A stretch of DNA of 64,000 nucleotides from Gammaproteobacteria bacterium (GCA_050298595.1 JBNKUM010000062.1:42048-106047), one strand, 5' to 3'; counted from the stretch's first letter, positions 21,895 to 32,804 are shown. A program made the numbers and translations. Notes: a model not told the origin generated them from the sequence alone.

Positions 21895-22398
21895 ATGAAA
21901 TGCCCTTTTTGCGGCACACCGGATACCCGTGTAGTCGACTCGCGCCTGGCGCATGAATCCAACCAGGTTAGAAGACGACGCGAATGTGTTTCCTGTGAAG
22001 CGCGCTTTACCACCTATGAATCACCCATGTTGAATATGCCTATGGTGATCAAGAATGATGGCAGCCGCGATACCTTTGATGAGCAAAGAGTGCGTAATGG
22101 TATGCTGCGCGCGCTGGAAAAACGTCCGGTTTCAGCAGAACAGATTGAAGATGCGATGAGCCATATTAAACGACAGCTTGCGGCTCTTGATGCCCGAGAA
22201 ATCGCTTCGCGCAAGATTGGTGAGCTGGTTATGCATGAATTACAGGCACTGGATCATGTCGCCTATATCCGATTTGCTTCGGTATATTTAAGCTTCGAGG
22301 ACATTACTGCATTTGAAGAAGTGATACAAAGACTGGCTGCTGAGCCAACACCGGAGATGCAAAAGCGCCAGGTTCCGTTAATCGACGATAGCGATTAA
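21895..22398 (+). CDS. nrdR: Transcriptional repressor NrdR
   Basis: MKCPFC, RRRRECVSC, ATP-cone, VAYIRFASVY. Confidence 0.97.
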   Translation: MKCPFCGTPDTRVVDSRLAHESNQVRRRRECVSCEARFTTYESPMLNMPMVIKNDGSRDTFDEQRVRNGMLRALEKRPVSAEQIEDAMSHIKRQLAALDAREIASRKIGELVMHELQALDHVAYIRFASVYLSFEDITAFEEVIQRLAAEPTPEMQKRQVPLIDDSD

Positions 22399-22404
22399 TA
22401 ATTC

Positions 22405-23532
22405 ATGGCTCAAAAATACCCACATGAATACTGGATGGCTAAAGCGATTCAGCAAGCTGAAAAAGGGCGTTATTCAACGCATCCTAACCCGCGAGTCGGC
22501 TGTGTAATCGTTAAAGCTGATCGCTTGGTCGCCAGTGGTTTTCATGAATACGCCGGTGGTCCGCATGCGGAAATTAATGCGCTGTCACAGCTAAAGGGGC
22601 AGGCGCAGGGTTGTACCGTGTATGTGACTCTGGAGCCCTGTTCGCATAGTGGAAAAACCCCGCCCTGCGCCGAAGCGCTAATCAAAGCACAGCCTGATAC
22701 TGTTGTGTTAGCTATGCAGGATCCTAATCCCTTAGTGGCTGGAGATGGCATAAAGCGATTACAACAGGCCGGGATTGAGGTCATATCTGGGGTGATGCAG
22801 CAACAGGCTATGCAGCTTAATCGAGGTTTTATCAAGCGCATGCTGCACCAGCGACCCTGGCTACGAGTTAAGATGGCCTCTAGTCTGGACGGCAGAACAG
22901 CCCTGTCCAATGGGGTTAGTCAGTGGATTACGGGAGCTGAGGCCCGCAAAGATGTACAACTGCTGCGCGCTCAAAGTTCGGCAATTTTATCTACTGCTGA
23001 AACCGTCGTAGCTGATGATGCCTCACTTAATGTACGTCTGGATAAACAATCGTTAAAGCAGGATATTGATGTCAGACAACCAGTCCGCGTTATTCTTGAT
23101 ACCGGGTTGAGCTTAACCGGTAAAGAAAGACTGTTTGCGATCCAGTCACCCATCTGGGTAATTACCACTCAGCGCAACCAGTCTGAGCGTTTTATTAAAT
23201 ATCCTCATGTGCGGGTATTTGAGATTATTGAAGATGATCAGGGAAGGATTAATTTACCCGTATTGATGGGAGTACTGGCTCAGCATGAAATTAATGAGAT
23301 CCATACGGAATGCGGGGCTGCTCTGGCTGGTGCATTGTTTAAGCAAGGATTGGTCGATGAATTGATTTTATATATGGCACCCAGTCTACTGGGAAATAGG
23401 TCCCGGGGACTGTTTGATCTGGATGAAATCAGCATCATGTCGGACAAATTGAAATTACACATTCAGGATGTACGCCAGATTGGCGATGACATCAAAATAA
23501 CCGCAATTCCGGAGAGCTTATGTCTACCATAG
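22405..23532 (+). CDS. ribD: Bifunctional diaminohydroxyphosphoribosylaminopyrimidine deaminase/reductase
   Basis: PNPRVGC, HAE, LEPCSH...PPC, SLDGRTA, SQWITG. Confidence 0.96.
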   Translation: MAQKYPHEYWMAKAIQQAEKGRYSTHPNPRVGCVIVKADRLVASGFHEYAGGPHAEINALSQLKGQAQGCTVYVTLEPCSHSGKTPPCAEALIKAQPDTVVLAMQDPNPLVAGDGIKRLQQAGIEVISGVMQQQAMQLNRGFIKRMLHQRPWLRVKMASSLDGRTALSNGVSQWITGAEARKDVQLLRAQSSAILSTAETVVADDASLNVRLDKQSLKQDIDVRQPVRVILDTGLSLTGKERLFAIQSPIWVITTQRNQSERFIKYPHVRVFEIIEDDQGRINLPVLMGVLAQHEINEIHTECGAALAGALFKQGLVDELILYMAPSLLGNRSRGLFDLDEISIMSDKLKLHIQDVRQIGDDIKITAIPESLCLP

Positions 23533-24092
23533 TCGTGGCGCAGAAAAACAATACTGTCTGTATCGCAGCAGACAGCTTAACCAGCTTTGGTGATACCAAA
23601 CAATCTGCCGAGTTTGTTGCTGACTCTAGCAAGATTATCCAGTTTGGAGATTTTTATCTGGGTGTTGTGGGCAGTGCGGCGCATCAGCTGGTACTCAAAT
23701 CCTTACTGCTGCATCATGCTGATAAGATTGATTTCAGCAGTCAGATGGCGATATTTGAAAGCCTTAAAAATATTCACCCGGTACTTAAGGAGGAATATTT
23801 TCTAAATAGTAAGGATGAGGATGAAGATGCCTATGAAACCTCGCGCATTGATGCCTTATTGATCAACCCTCAGGGTATGTTTGGTATCTACTCTCTACGT
23901 GAAGTTGATCAATACACAAAATTCTGGGCGGTGGGATCAGGTGCTGAATATGCACTGGGTGCGATGTATGCAATCTATGAACACAGCGATACGGCTGAGC
24001 AGGTAGCTAAAGCAGGTGTTATGGCAGGGGCAACATTTGATAATGCCTCGGCTTTACCCATGCAAAGCCTTACGCTCAATTTGAAAAATTAA
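23520..24092 (+). CDS. Proteasome-beta/HslV-like Ntn hydrolase (BPH-like)
   Basis: STIVV N-terminus, AADS (Asp17), SKII, GVVGS, WAVGSG, FDNAS; SD GGAG; overlaps ribD stop. Confidence 0.8.
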   Translation: MSTIVVAQKNNTVCIAADSLTSFGDTKQSAEFVADSSKIIQFGDFYLGVVGSAAHQLVLKSLLLHHADKIDFSSQMAIFESLKNIHPVLKEEYFLNSKDEDEDAYETSRIDALLINPQGMFGIYSLREVDQYTKFWAVGSGAEYALGAMYAIYEHSDTAEQVAKAGVMAGATFDNASALPMQSLTLNLKN

Positions 24093-24110
24093 ATCTTAAG
24101 CGAGTCCAAT

Positions 24111-24767
24111 ATGTTTACAGGAATTATTCAGGCCATTGGTAGCATTCAGGCGATACAACAGAAAGGGGGAGATGTTCGTTTAACATTAGATGCAAACGGA
24201 CTGGTTCTTAATGATTCTGATCTGGGTGACAGTATTGCAGTCAATGGTGTATGCCTTACTGCAGTGGAATATACCGACAACGGGTTTAGTGCAGACGTAT
24301 CACGCGAGACCTTGAATCTAACCAGTCTTGGCTTTCTTAAGCAGGGAAGTCGTGTCAATCTGGAAAAAGCACTTACCCTGAACACGGCTCTGGGTGGCCA
24401 TATCGTCAGTGGGCATGTGGATGGGCAGGGTACTCTGGTCAGTGAACGCAATGATGGCCGATCAATCCGCTATGAATTTACTGTACCGCAGAACCTTGCG
24501 CACTATATTGCCGAAAAAGGTTCGATAACCATCGATGGAACCAGCCTGACCGTTAACCATGTCGATAATAATCGCTTCGGGGTCAATATCGTGCCCCATA
24601 CTCGTGATAACACCGTATTTCAATTTTATGAAATCAATACGCAGGTCAACATAGAAGTTGATATAATCGCGCGCTACCTGGAACGCCTGCTTACCGGCCA
24701 ATCATCGGAGCAGAGCGATAATCAATTACTGGCAAAGCTGGCAGAGTCAGGATTTATCAAGTCCTGA
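24111..24767 (+). CDS. ribE: Riboflavin synthase (alpha chain)
   Basis: MFTGII, GDSIAVNGVCLT, GGHIVSGHVDG, KGSITIDGTSLT. Confidence 0.96.
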   Translation: MFTGIIQAIGSIQAIQQKGGDVRLTLDANGLVLNDSDLGDSIAVNGVCLTAVEYTDNGFSADVSRETLNLTSLGFLKQGSRVNLEKALTLNTALGGHIVSGHVDGQGTLVSERNDGRSIRYEFTVPQNLAHYIAEKGSITIDGTSLTVNHVDNNRFGVNIVPHTRDNTVFQFYEINTQVNIEVDIIARYLERLLTGQSSEQSDNQLLAKLAESGFIKS

Positions 24768-24792
24768 GTGGACAACAGAGAAATAGATAAGA

Positions 24793-25893
24793 ATGGCATT
24801 AAGTTCAACTGAAGAAATTATTGAAGATATCAAGGCAGGCAAGATGGTCATCATTATTGATGATGAAGACCAGGAAAGTGTAGGTGATTTGCTGATAGCT
24901 GCAGAGGCAGTCAAGCCTGATGATATCAATTTTATGGCGCGTTATGCTCGCGGTTTGATATGTTTAACCCTGTCTCAGCAACGCTGCCAGCAATTACGCC
25001 TACCCTTGATGGTTAGTGATAATACCCAGGCCACAGAAACTCATTTTACGGTTTCCGTAGAAGCTGCCGAAGGCGTAACTACTGGGATATCCGCAGCTGA
25101 CCGTGCAGTCACTGTACAGGCCGCTGTAAAAGCCGATGCATCTCCAGCCGATCTTGTCCAGCCAGGGCATGTATTCCCAGTTATGGCACGCAGCGGTGGG
25201 GTGCTTGCTCGTGCGGGTCATACAGAAGCGGGTTGTGATCTGGCAGGTCTGGCCGGATTTGAGCCGGCATCGGTTATAGTGAAAATTCTTAATGAAGATG
25301 GCGGCATGGCCAAATGCCCTGATTTGTTAAAGTTTGCCAAACAGCATGGTCTGAAAATTGGAGCTATAGCGGATCTGATCCGTTATCGCATAGAAAACGA
25401 AAAAACGCTGGAACGCATCGTTGAAACTCACTTCCCCACCGATTTTGGTGATTTTAGATTAGTGGCTTATGAAGATGCCATCGATCAGGAATTGCATCTG
25501 GCTCTGGTTAAGGGCGAGGTTAAGCCTGATGACATCACCCCGGTACGGGTTCATGTGCAGAATACGCTGTATGATTCCCTGTATGGAACCGTTGGTCGAG
25601 GCTGGCCTCTGAGCAATGTGATGCAAAAGATCAATGAATTAGGCCATGGCGTCATCGTTTTTTTACGGCAGTCAGAAACCCCACGACAGATGGTGCAAAA
25701 TATTGAAGCCGTTATTCGTGAAGAGCAGGGCAGGCAGGATGAAACTATTGGTGATGATTTGCGTACCTACGGTATCGGTGCGCAAATTCTGGCTGACCTG
25801 GGCGTGCATAAGATGCAGCTGTTATCTGCGCCGAAAAAATTTCATGCATTGGCCGGATTTGGACTCGAAGTTGTAGAGTATATTTCCGACTAA
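24793..25893 (+). CDS. ribB: RibBX-type DHBP synthase / GTP cyclohydrolase II-like fusion, catalytic motifs degenerate
   Basis: [29 protein letters not shown] present, but [10 protein letters not shown] and VIVKIL replace conserved motifs; C-terminal domain lacks Zn-binding Cys. Confidence 0.88.
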   Translation: MALSSTEEIIEDIKAGKMVIIIDDEDQESVGDLLIAAEAVKPDDINFMARYARGLICLTLSQQRCQQLRLPLMVSDNTQATETHFTVSVEAAEGVTTGISAADRAVTVQAAVKADASPADLVQPGHVFPVMARSGGVLARAGHTEAGCDLAGLAGFEPASVIVKILNEDGGMAKCPDLLKFAKQHGLKIGAIADLIRYRIENEKTLERIVETHFPTDFGDFRLVAYEDAIDQELHLALVKGEVKPDDITPVRVHVQNTLYDSLYGTVGRGWPLSNVMQKINELGHGVIVFLRQSETPRQMVQNIEAVIREEQGRQDETIGDDLRTYGIGAQILADLGVHKMQLLSAPKKFHALAGFGLEVVEYISD

Positions 25894-25931
25894 ATGTAAA
25901 ACCGCTGAATTATTTAAAAAGAGATACAAAA

Positions 25932-26408
25932 ATGACTCAAATTAAAACCATTAACGGTGATATCAGTGTTAGTAACGCTAAAATTGCCATCGTTGTCGGC
26001 CGCTTCAATGGCTTTATCGTAGACAGTTTACTGACTGGCGCACTGGATACCCTGAATCGTTCAGGTATTACCGCTTCTGATATTACTGTCAGCCATGTAC
26101 CTGGTGCATTTGAAATGCCTCTAGTTATTCAAAAGTACGCCGAAAGCGGTCAATTTGATGCCATCATCGGATTAGGCGCTGTAATCCGTGGCTCAACACC
26201 ACATTTTGATTTTGTTGCGGGTGAGAATGCCAAGGCCCTGGCGAGTCTTGCACTCAAATTTAATCTACCGGTTATCAACGGTGTGTTGACAACCGATACC
26301 ATCGAACAGGCTATAGAACGCGCTGGTACCAAGGCTGGTAATAAGGGTGCAGAAGCTGCAATGGCGGCTATGGAAATGATCAGTCTACTTAGTAAAATCG
26401 GCGCATAA
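25932..26408 (+). CDS. ribH: 6,7-dimethyl-8-ribityllumazine synthase
   Basis: [33 protein letters not shown]. Confidence 0.97.
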   Translation: MTQIKTINGDISVSNAKIAIVVGRFNGFIVDSLLTGALDTLNRSGITASDITVSHVPGAFEMPLVIQKYAESGQFDAIIGLGAVIRGSTPHFDFVAGENAKALASLALKFNLPVINGVLTTDTIEQAIERAGTKAGNKGAEAAMAAMEMISLLSKIGA

Positions 26409-26413
26409 AGCTT

Positions 26414-26887
26414 ATGTCAAATTCAAACACGCCCGAACAACAGGAGCGGGCGCGTGCCATAAAAAAGCGCAAGCATGCACGAGACAAGGTACTTCAGGCT
26501 TTATATCAATGGCAATTATCTGGCGAAGACCTGGACTGGATTCGTGATATGTATTTGCAGGAGCAGGGGGTTTCATCTGGTGATGAAGCCTATTTTCTTG
26601 AACTGCTGTACAAGATCCCTTCTGCTGTGACTGAACTGGATGCGCTTTATAGCGAATATATTACGCAATTCAAGGATCATGTTGATCCGATAGAAGTCAA
26701 TATCCTGCGTATTGCTACCTACGAATTCCAGCAACACCTGGAAATTCCCTACAAGGTGGTGATTAACGAAGCAATCAATCTGGCTAAAACCTATGGCGCG
26801 GATGACAGCCACAAGTTTATCAATGGTGTGCTTGATCCGTTGGCTCAGCAAATGCGCTCGCTGGAAACTCAGGCTGACAGATCCTGA
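26414..26887 (+). CDS. nusB: Transcription antitermination factor NusB
   Basis: QALYQW, PYKVVINEAI, KFINGVLD. Confidence 0.96.
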   Translation: MSNSNTPEQQERARAIKKRKHARDKVLQALYQWQLSGEDLDWIRDMYLQEQGVSSGDEAYFLELLYKIPSAVTELDALYSEYITQFKDHVDPIEVNILRIATYEFQQHLEIPYKVVINEAINLAKTYGADDSHKFINGVLDPLAQQMRSLETQADRS

Positions 26888-26899
26888 CAGGAATAAGCG

Positions 26900-27862
26900 A
26901 TGGCGGAGGGAGAGTTTTCACTGATACAGCAGTATTTTGCTCATCCGTCTGCGCATACCATCCATGATTCAGTGTTATTGGGGATAGGTGATGATGCTGC
27001 TGTTCTGCAGATCCCCGACAACCGCCTGCTGGTCCAGACTATGGATACATTAATCGCTGGCAGGCATTTCCCAGAATCAACCTCTGCCCGCGATATTGCC
27101 TACAAGAGCCTGGCAGTAAATGTTAGCGACCTTGCTGCGATGGCAGCGACACCCTGGTGTTATCTATTATCTTTGACCCTGCCAGAGATTAATCATGATT
27201 TTTTGAGCGAGTTCTCGAGTTCTTTATTTAATGCTTCGGCAGAATTTGGAATTCAGCTTATCGGTGGTGATACCTGTAAAGGTCCGCTCTCTATATCTAT
27301 CCAGGCCAGTGGTCACGTAGCTACTGATGGCTTTGTGACTCGTAAGGGGGCCAGGGTAGGTGACAGGGTGCTGTTAAGTGGGCATATTGGCTCTGCTGCC
27401 TTAGGGCTGTCCTCTCTGCTCGATCAATGCGAGTTGGATTCGGATACTCAGGATGAATGTTTACAGGCGTTAAATAGGCCTGTGCCCCGTGTCGATTTGA
27501 TTCCTTTACTTGGACGTTATGCGACTTCGGCTATCGATATATCTGATGGTCTTGCCAGTGACCTGGGGCATATTCTGCAGCAAAGTGGGGTTGGTGCCTT
27601 GATACAGCAGAATGCTTTACCCGTTCCGGAGTGGATACGAAACCACAATGAGTATCAATATGCACTTGGGGGAGGGGATGATTATCAGATTGTCTTCACG
27701 GTTTCACCGTCGCACTATGATGAGTTTATCGATGAGGTGAGCAAGCAAAACCTGGATATCACAGAAATCGGAGAGATTACCGGGCAGGGCTACTGGCTGC
27801 AAACTCCATCTGAACAGATCGATTTAATGCAATATCAGGGGTTCAATCACTTTGTCGAATAA
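26900..27862 (+). CDS. thiL: Thiamine-phosphate kinase
   Basis: EFSLI, GIGDDAA, NVSDLAAM, IDISDGL, GGDDY. Confidence 0.95.
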   Translation: MAEGEFSLIQQYFAHPSAHTIHDSVLLGIGDDAAVLQIPDNRLLVQTMDTLIAGRHFPESTSARDIAYKSLAVNVSDLAAMAATPWCYLLSLTLPEINHDFLSEFSSSLFNASAEFGIQLIGGDTCKGPLSISIQASGHVATDGFVTRKGARVGDRVLLSGHIGSAALGLSSLLDQCELDSDTQDECLQALNRPVPRVDLIPLLGRYATSAIDISDGLASDLGHILQQSGVGALIQQNALPVPEWIRNHNEYQYALGGGDDYQIVFTVSPSHYDEFIDEVSKQNLDITEIGEITGQGYWLQTPSEQIDLMQYQGFNHFVE

Positions 27863-28331
27863 AAAAATACCGATAAGTTATCTTAAAAACCCGTTGCATT
27901 TTCTATCTCTGGGATTTGGCAGTGGTCTAGCACCTTTTGCCCCCGGAACCTTTGGGACGCTGGTCGCTATTCCACTCTACTGGTGGGCGAGTCAGCTCTC
28001 GTTGATCGCATTTCTTGTTACTATCTTGCTGGGTTTTGCTGTGGGTGTCTATCTATGCGGGTATACCTCAAAAGCACTCGGTGTACATGATCATTCGGGC
28101 ATAGTGTGGGACGAGATAGTCGGCTATTTCATCACCATGATTGCTGTGCCGTTAGACTGGCGCTGGATGCTGGCGGGCTTTGTGCTGTTCAGGCTATTCG
28201 ATATCGTCAAACCCTGGCCTATACGTTGGGTGGATAAACATTTTCAGGGTGGTTTTGGCATTATGTTTGATGATGTACTGGCGGGTATTTTTGCGCTGCT
28301 TGGGCTACACTTTTTAATCTACCTGATTTAA
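27852..28331 (+). CDS. pgpA: Phosphatidylglycerophosphatase A
   Basis: GFGSG, APGTFGT, IVWDEIVG, FRLFDIVKPWPI, GIMFDD. Confidence 0.95.
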   Translation: MSNKKIPISYLKNPLHFLSLGFGSGLAPFAPGTFGTLVAIPLYWWASQLSLIAFLVTILLGFAVGVYLCGYTSKALGVHDHSGIVWDEIVGYFITMIAVPLDWRWMLAGFVLFRLFDIVKPWPIRWVDKHFQGGFGIMFDDVLAGIFALLGLHFLIYLI

Positions 28332-28339
28332 TACTTGTC

Positions 28340-28984
28340 ATGAAAACAATAATTTGCCTATCACTTCTTGTTTATTCATTGATAAACCCGGCTATGGCAC
28401 AGCAAGATTCGGTGAAAGTGATAGCTCTTTTCAATAATAAAGCGTTACTAATGGTTAATGGGGAGCAAAAGTTGGTACGTAAGGGAGAAGTTTTCAATGG
28501 CATAAAGCTGATTTCATCTACCGCTAGAGGCGCTCTGGTCGGTTTTTCGGATGGCCAGCAAAAGATGCTGAATATTAATCAATCCATCAGTCATGGATAC
28601 AGCAAGCGCGATAAAAGTAAGGTAACTGTTTACGCCAACCAATCTGGCATGTTTATGGTACAGGGGAAAATCAATGGACAGACGACAAATTTTCTACTGG
28701 ATACCGGTGCTACTACTGTGGCCATCAGTCAAACCGAGGCTGATAGACTCGGCCTGGCTTACGAATCATCAAAGCGTAAATATGTCAGAACCGCCAGCGA
28801 GGTTGTCCCAGTGTGGGATATCAAACTTGATCACATTACCGTGGGTGATATCAGTGTCACTAATGTAGATGCGGTTGTACTTGAAGGTTCGCAACCCAAT
28901 AATCCGCTGCTGGGGATGTCTTTTCTACAGCATTTAAAGCTAAATAGAAATGGCGCAGTTATGACGCTGGAACAAAAATACTAG
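28340..28984 (+). CDS. Exported clan AA (retropepsin-like) aspartic protease
   Basis: Signal peptide; FLLDTGAT; LLGMSFL. Confidence 0.88.
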   Translation: MKTIICLSLLVYSLINPAMAQQDSVKVIALFNNKALLMVNGEQKLVRKGEVFNGIKLISSTARGALVGFSDGQQKMLNINQSISHGYSKRDKSKVTVYANQSGMFMVQGKINGQTTNFLLDTGATTVAISQTEADRLGLAYESSKRKYVRTASEVVPVWDIKLDHITVGDISVTNVDAVVLEGSQPNNPLLGMSFLQHLKLNRNGAVMTLEQKY

Positions 28985-29116
28985 TCAATATGACTCCATC
29001 TTTTTGAGTTAAAATCGGTTGCTTATATTCCTTGTAAAAATGCAATCTCCAGCTTCTATCCAGTTACGGTTTTGATAGAATAGCTCGCTTTTCCTATTTA
29101 GCCCTGAGTATTCAAC

Positions 29117-30517
29117 ATGATAAGAACACGTTTTGCCCCTAGTCCTACCGGTTACCTTCATATTGGCGGTGCCAGAACTGCGTTGTTCTGCTGGTTATTC
29201 AGTAAGAAAATGGGCGGTAAGTTAATCCTTAGAATTGAAGATACAGACCTTGAACGCTCTACGGAAGCTTCGGTTCAGGCGATACTGCAGGCGATGGACT
29301 GGCTTGATCTGGATTATGATGAGGGGCCTTTTTATCAGACTCATCGTTTTGATCGCTATGCTGAAGTCATCCAGCAACTGCTTGATGGTGGACAGGCGTA
29401 TTATTGTTCCTGCTCAAAGCAGCGCCTGGAAGATTTACGCGCTGAGCAAATGGCGAATAAGCAAAAACCCCGCTACGATGGCTGTTGCCGTGATAAGGGC
29501 CTGGCTGCCGCCGAAAACCATGTCATCCGGTTTAAAAATCCGCAATCCGGTAGTGTGGTTATCAAGGATCTGGTAAAAGGGGACATTGAAGTGAATAATC
29601 AGGAGCTGGATGATCTGATTATTGCTCGTTCAGATGGTTCGCCAACCTATAATCTTACCGTAGTGGTAGACGATCTTGATATGAAGGTTACCCATGTTAT
29701 TCGTGGAGATGATCATGTTAATAACACTCCTAGACAGATCAATATCTTCAAGGCGCTAGGTGCAGAGCTACCTCAATTCGCACATGTGCCCATGATACTT
29801 GGTGGAGATGGTAAAAGATTATCCAAGCGACATGGTGCAGTAAGTGTTATGCAGTACTATGAAGATGGTTATCTTCCCGAAGCATTACTCAATTATCTTG
29901 TTCGTTTAGGGTGGTCACATGGAGATCAAGAGGTATTTACTCGTGAAGAGATGATTGAGCATTTCTCTCTTGAGGGTATTAATCGAGCAGCAGGAACCTT
30001 TAACCCTGAAAAACTGCAATGGATGAATCAACAGTATCTCAAATCAAGTGATCTTCAGTATATTGTTTCCCTTGTGGTTGAAAAACTGAAAAAGTTAGGC
30101 GTCAACGTTGATCCCGCTCAGGATATTTCATCAATTGTAGATTTGTACCGCGAGCGATCTAAAACCCTGAATGAACTTGCAGAAGGAATTCTATATTTCT
30201 TTCAGGACTTTACAGAGTATGATGTTAAGGCTGCTAAAAAGAATCTGAAACAGGCAGCACTGGAACCTTTGAGCCTGTTACTGCAACAACTTGCAGAGTT
30301 ATCAGAATGGACTGCTCCATCAATACACCAGGTTGTAGCAAATGTGACAGAGCAACTGGACGTTAATATGGGCAAGGTAGGTCAACCATTACGGGTTGCT
30401 GTTACCGGGGGATCGTTCTCCCCACCGATTGATCAGACCGTGGAATTTATTGGCCAGAGAAACACTCTTAACAGAATTCAGCAGGCGATTGATTTTATTC
30501 GGCAAAATAATGAGTAG
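29117..30517 (+). CDS. gltX: Glutamate--tRNA ligase
   Basis: [28 protein letters not shown]. Confidence 0.97.
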   Translation: MIRTRFAPSPTGYLHIGGARTALFCWLFSKKMGGKLILRIEDTDLERSTEASVQAILQAMDWLDLDYDEGPFYQTHRFDRYAEVIQQLLDGGQAYYCSCSKQRLEDLRAEQMANKQKPRYDGCCRDKGLAAAENHVIRFKNPQSGSVVIKDLVKGDIEVNNQELDDLIIARSDGSPTYNLTVVVDDLDMKVTHVIRGDDHVNNTPRQINIFKALGAELPQFAHVPMILGGDGKRLSKRHGAVSVMQYYEDGYLPEALLNYLVRLGWSHGDQEVFTREEMIEHFSLEGINRAAGTFNPEKLQWMNQQYLKSSDLQYIVSLVVEKLKKLGVNVDPAQDISSIVDLYRERSKTLNELAEGILYFFQDFTEYDVKAAKKNLKQAALEPLSLLLQQLAELSEWTAPSIHQVVANVTEQLDVNMGKVGQPLRVAVTGGSFSPPIDQTVEFIGQRNTLNRIQQAIDFIRQNNE

Positions 30518-30592
30518 TATACGTTAAAATTATTCACAAAAAATGCTATAACAACTTAACTAAAAAAAATATCGGGTACAGGAATCAGCCGA

Positions 30593-31498
30593 ATGTCGCG
30601 AAAGCCACTTCAATGTGTTGTCATGTTTGCAGATGTAGCTGGAAGCACTGCAATCTATGAAAATCTAGGCGATGTCGAAGCTCGAGATAGAATCTCAAAG
30701 GCATTGAATATGCTCATTTCTATTTGTACACGTCACAAAGGTGTTCTAGTAAAAACCATCGGTGATGAGATTCTGGTTTATTTCCATGATGTAGATCTTT
30801 CAATTCTGGCTGCGGCAGCTATCCAGGAAACCATGGAAGATCATCGCTCTCCTGAGACAGTAGGTCTTTCTATTCGTATCGGTATGCACTATGGCTCTGT
30901 TATCTATGAGGATAACGATATATTTGGTGATACGGTAAACGTGGCAGCTCGTGTAGTCGCAATGACTAAAGCACGACAAATTTTATTTACCAGTGAGCTG
31001 GCTAACCGCATTAGTTCACCCGAATTGAGTTATAAAACACGTCAATATGATCGTATTCGGGTTAAAGGTAAGGAAGAGTTACTTGATGTTTACCTTTATT
31101 CATGGGAAGAAGAGTCCGATATCACCAATATGGCAACTGCCAGCAATTTCACTAATCCGTCTAAATTAGATCAGGCTGAGGGTTTAACACTGACGTATGC
31201 TGATACAGTTATCAAGCTGGATTATAAAAGCTCTGCTATCAACATCGGCCGGGGTAAGGATTGCGATTTAATTGTGGGTGGAGATTTGATTTCTCGTTTT
31301 CACGCCAGGGTTGAGGTGAGAAGGGGGAAGTTTGTGTTGATCGACCAGAGTACCAACGGTACTTATCTGCGAACTCGAGATGGGCAAAACTTCTTTTTGC
31401 GCCAGGAAGATCTGACCTTATTTGGTAGTGGAGAGATCAGCCTGGGTAAAAATATTGATAAAGGTCAGGGCAATCTGGTTACCTATAGTTGCGATTAG
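30593..31498 (+). CDS. Class III adenylate cyclase with C-terminal FHA domain
   Basis: MFADVAGST, VKTIGDE, DIFGDTVNVAAR; FHA IGR, ISRFHA, DQSTNGT. Confidence 0.92.
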   Translation: MSRKPLQCVVMFADVAGSTAIYENLGDVEARDRISKALNMLISICTRHKGVLVKTIGDEILVYFHDVDLSILAAAAIQETMEDHRSPETVGLSIRIGMHYGSVIYEDNDIFGDTVNVAARVVAMTKARQILFTSELANRISSPELSYKTRQYDRIRVKGKEELLDVYLYSWEEESDITNMATASNFTNPSKLDQAEGLTLTYADTVIKLDYKSSAINIGRGKDCDLIVGGDLISRFHARVEVRRGKFVLIDQSTNGTYLRTRDGQNFFLRQEDLTLFGSGEISLGKNIDKGQGNLVTYSCD

Positions 31499-31514
31499 TT
31501 TTTTTATCCTTTAG

Positions 31515-32804
31515 TTATTGGTTGTGTTTCTCCGCATCCAGAAAACTATCTGCAAGCGCCCTATACAAAGGTCTGGGGCAGATCAATGACGAGACACCCG
31601 ATCCCAGAAAAGCTGTCACCATCAAGGGGAAAATCATATTCTGATTAGAGGTCATCTCCAACACAATCACCATGGCTGTAATCGGAGCCTGAATCACCCC
31701 AGAGAAATAGGCAACCATACCGATTAGTACCATGAAAGATTGAGGGGCAAGTGGTATGAAGTGGGCCATGTTTTGTCCAATACCGGCACCTGTCGCCAGA
31801 GATGGAGCAAAGATACCTCCAGGAATACCCGTAAAATAGGAACCCAGGGTGGCCAGGAACTTATAAAAAGGGAATAGCTGGTCCACCTGGCCGTCGCCAG
31901 AAACAATTTGATAAGCTGCACTGTAACCGGTTCCAAAGCTGCTATGGCCTGAAAGATGTCCTATGTATGCTATAAACAGACCCAGCATGCAGGTGATTCT
32001 CATTGGGTAGCGACGTAGCCAGGGCTGAATGAGTCGATTTCCACTGATAAGGGTTTGGCTGAATAGTCCTCCCAGAAAACCACCAAACACTCCGCAGATA
32101 AGCATGCTCGCTATGAGTGAAACATCCATACTAAAAACCGCCTGACTTATCCCGAAGTATTTATAGTTACCTACCAGAGCAATGGCTGTCATACCGGCGA
32201 AAATTACCGCCGTGAGAATAATTCCATTGGTTTTTTGCTGCATCGATTTACTGATTTCTTCCAGCGCGAACACAATTCCAGCAAGAGGCGTATTAAAAGC
32301 AGCGGCAATACCGGCAGCCCCACCGGCGGCTATCATGCCGTGTTGATAATAGTGCGCAGGGAATTTAGCAAACTTCCCTAATGAATACATGATAGATGCA
32401 CCGATATGGACGGTTGGGCCTTCGCGACCGATAGATGCTCCTGAGAATAATCCCATTGTGGTAAGCAGCAGTTTACCAATGGCAATGCGAAAAGATAATA
32501 CAGATTGCTTATTCTGTAGATCCAGAGCCGCTATAGTCTGGGGGATGCCGCTGCCATTGGCACCAGGGAAATATTTCCGCATGAGCCAGGAGATCAGCAT
32601 AAGACCTGCCGGGGTTAGAATGAAAGGAAGCAGTGGATAGTCATCAAGTAAGCGGGTAAAACTATGATCAGCAAGGTCAGCCATTTTTGCAAATAGTACG
32701 GCAATAATGCCAACGATCAACGCTCCAATCCAGAATACCAGACGCAGGCGCCAGGCTTTAAATGAGAACAGTCTACGTCGTGATCGTCGAATATGTTTGC
32801 GCAT
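31515..32804 (-). CDS. ClC-family chloride channel / H+-Cl- antiporter
   Basis: GSGIPQ, GREGPT, AAFNTPLAG, GGIFAP. Confidence 0.93.
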   Translation of the reverse strand: MRKHIRRSRRRLFSFKAWRLRLVFWIGALIVGIIAVLFAKMADLADHSFTRLLDDYPLLPFILTPAGLMLISWLMRKYFPGANGSGIPQTIAALDLQNKQSVLSFRIAIGKLLLTTMGLFSGASIGREGPTVHIGASIMYSLGKFAKFPAHYYQHGMIAAGGAAGIAAAFNTPLAGIVFALEEISKSMQQKTNGIILTAVIFAGMTAIALVGNYKYFGISQAVFSMDVSLIASMLICGVFGGFLGGLFSQTLISGNRLIQPWLRRYPMRITCMLGLFIAYIGHLSGHSSFGTGYSAAYQIVSGDGQVDQLFPFYKFLATLGSYFTGIPGGIFAPSLATGAGIGQNMAHFIPLAPQSFMVLIGMVAYFSGVIQAPITAMVIVLEMTSNQNMIFPLMVTAFLGSGVSSLICPRPLYRALADSFLDAEKHNQ

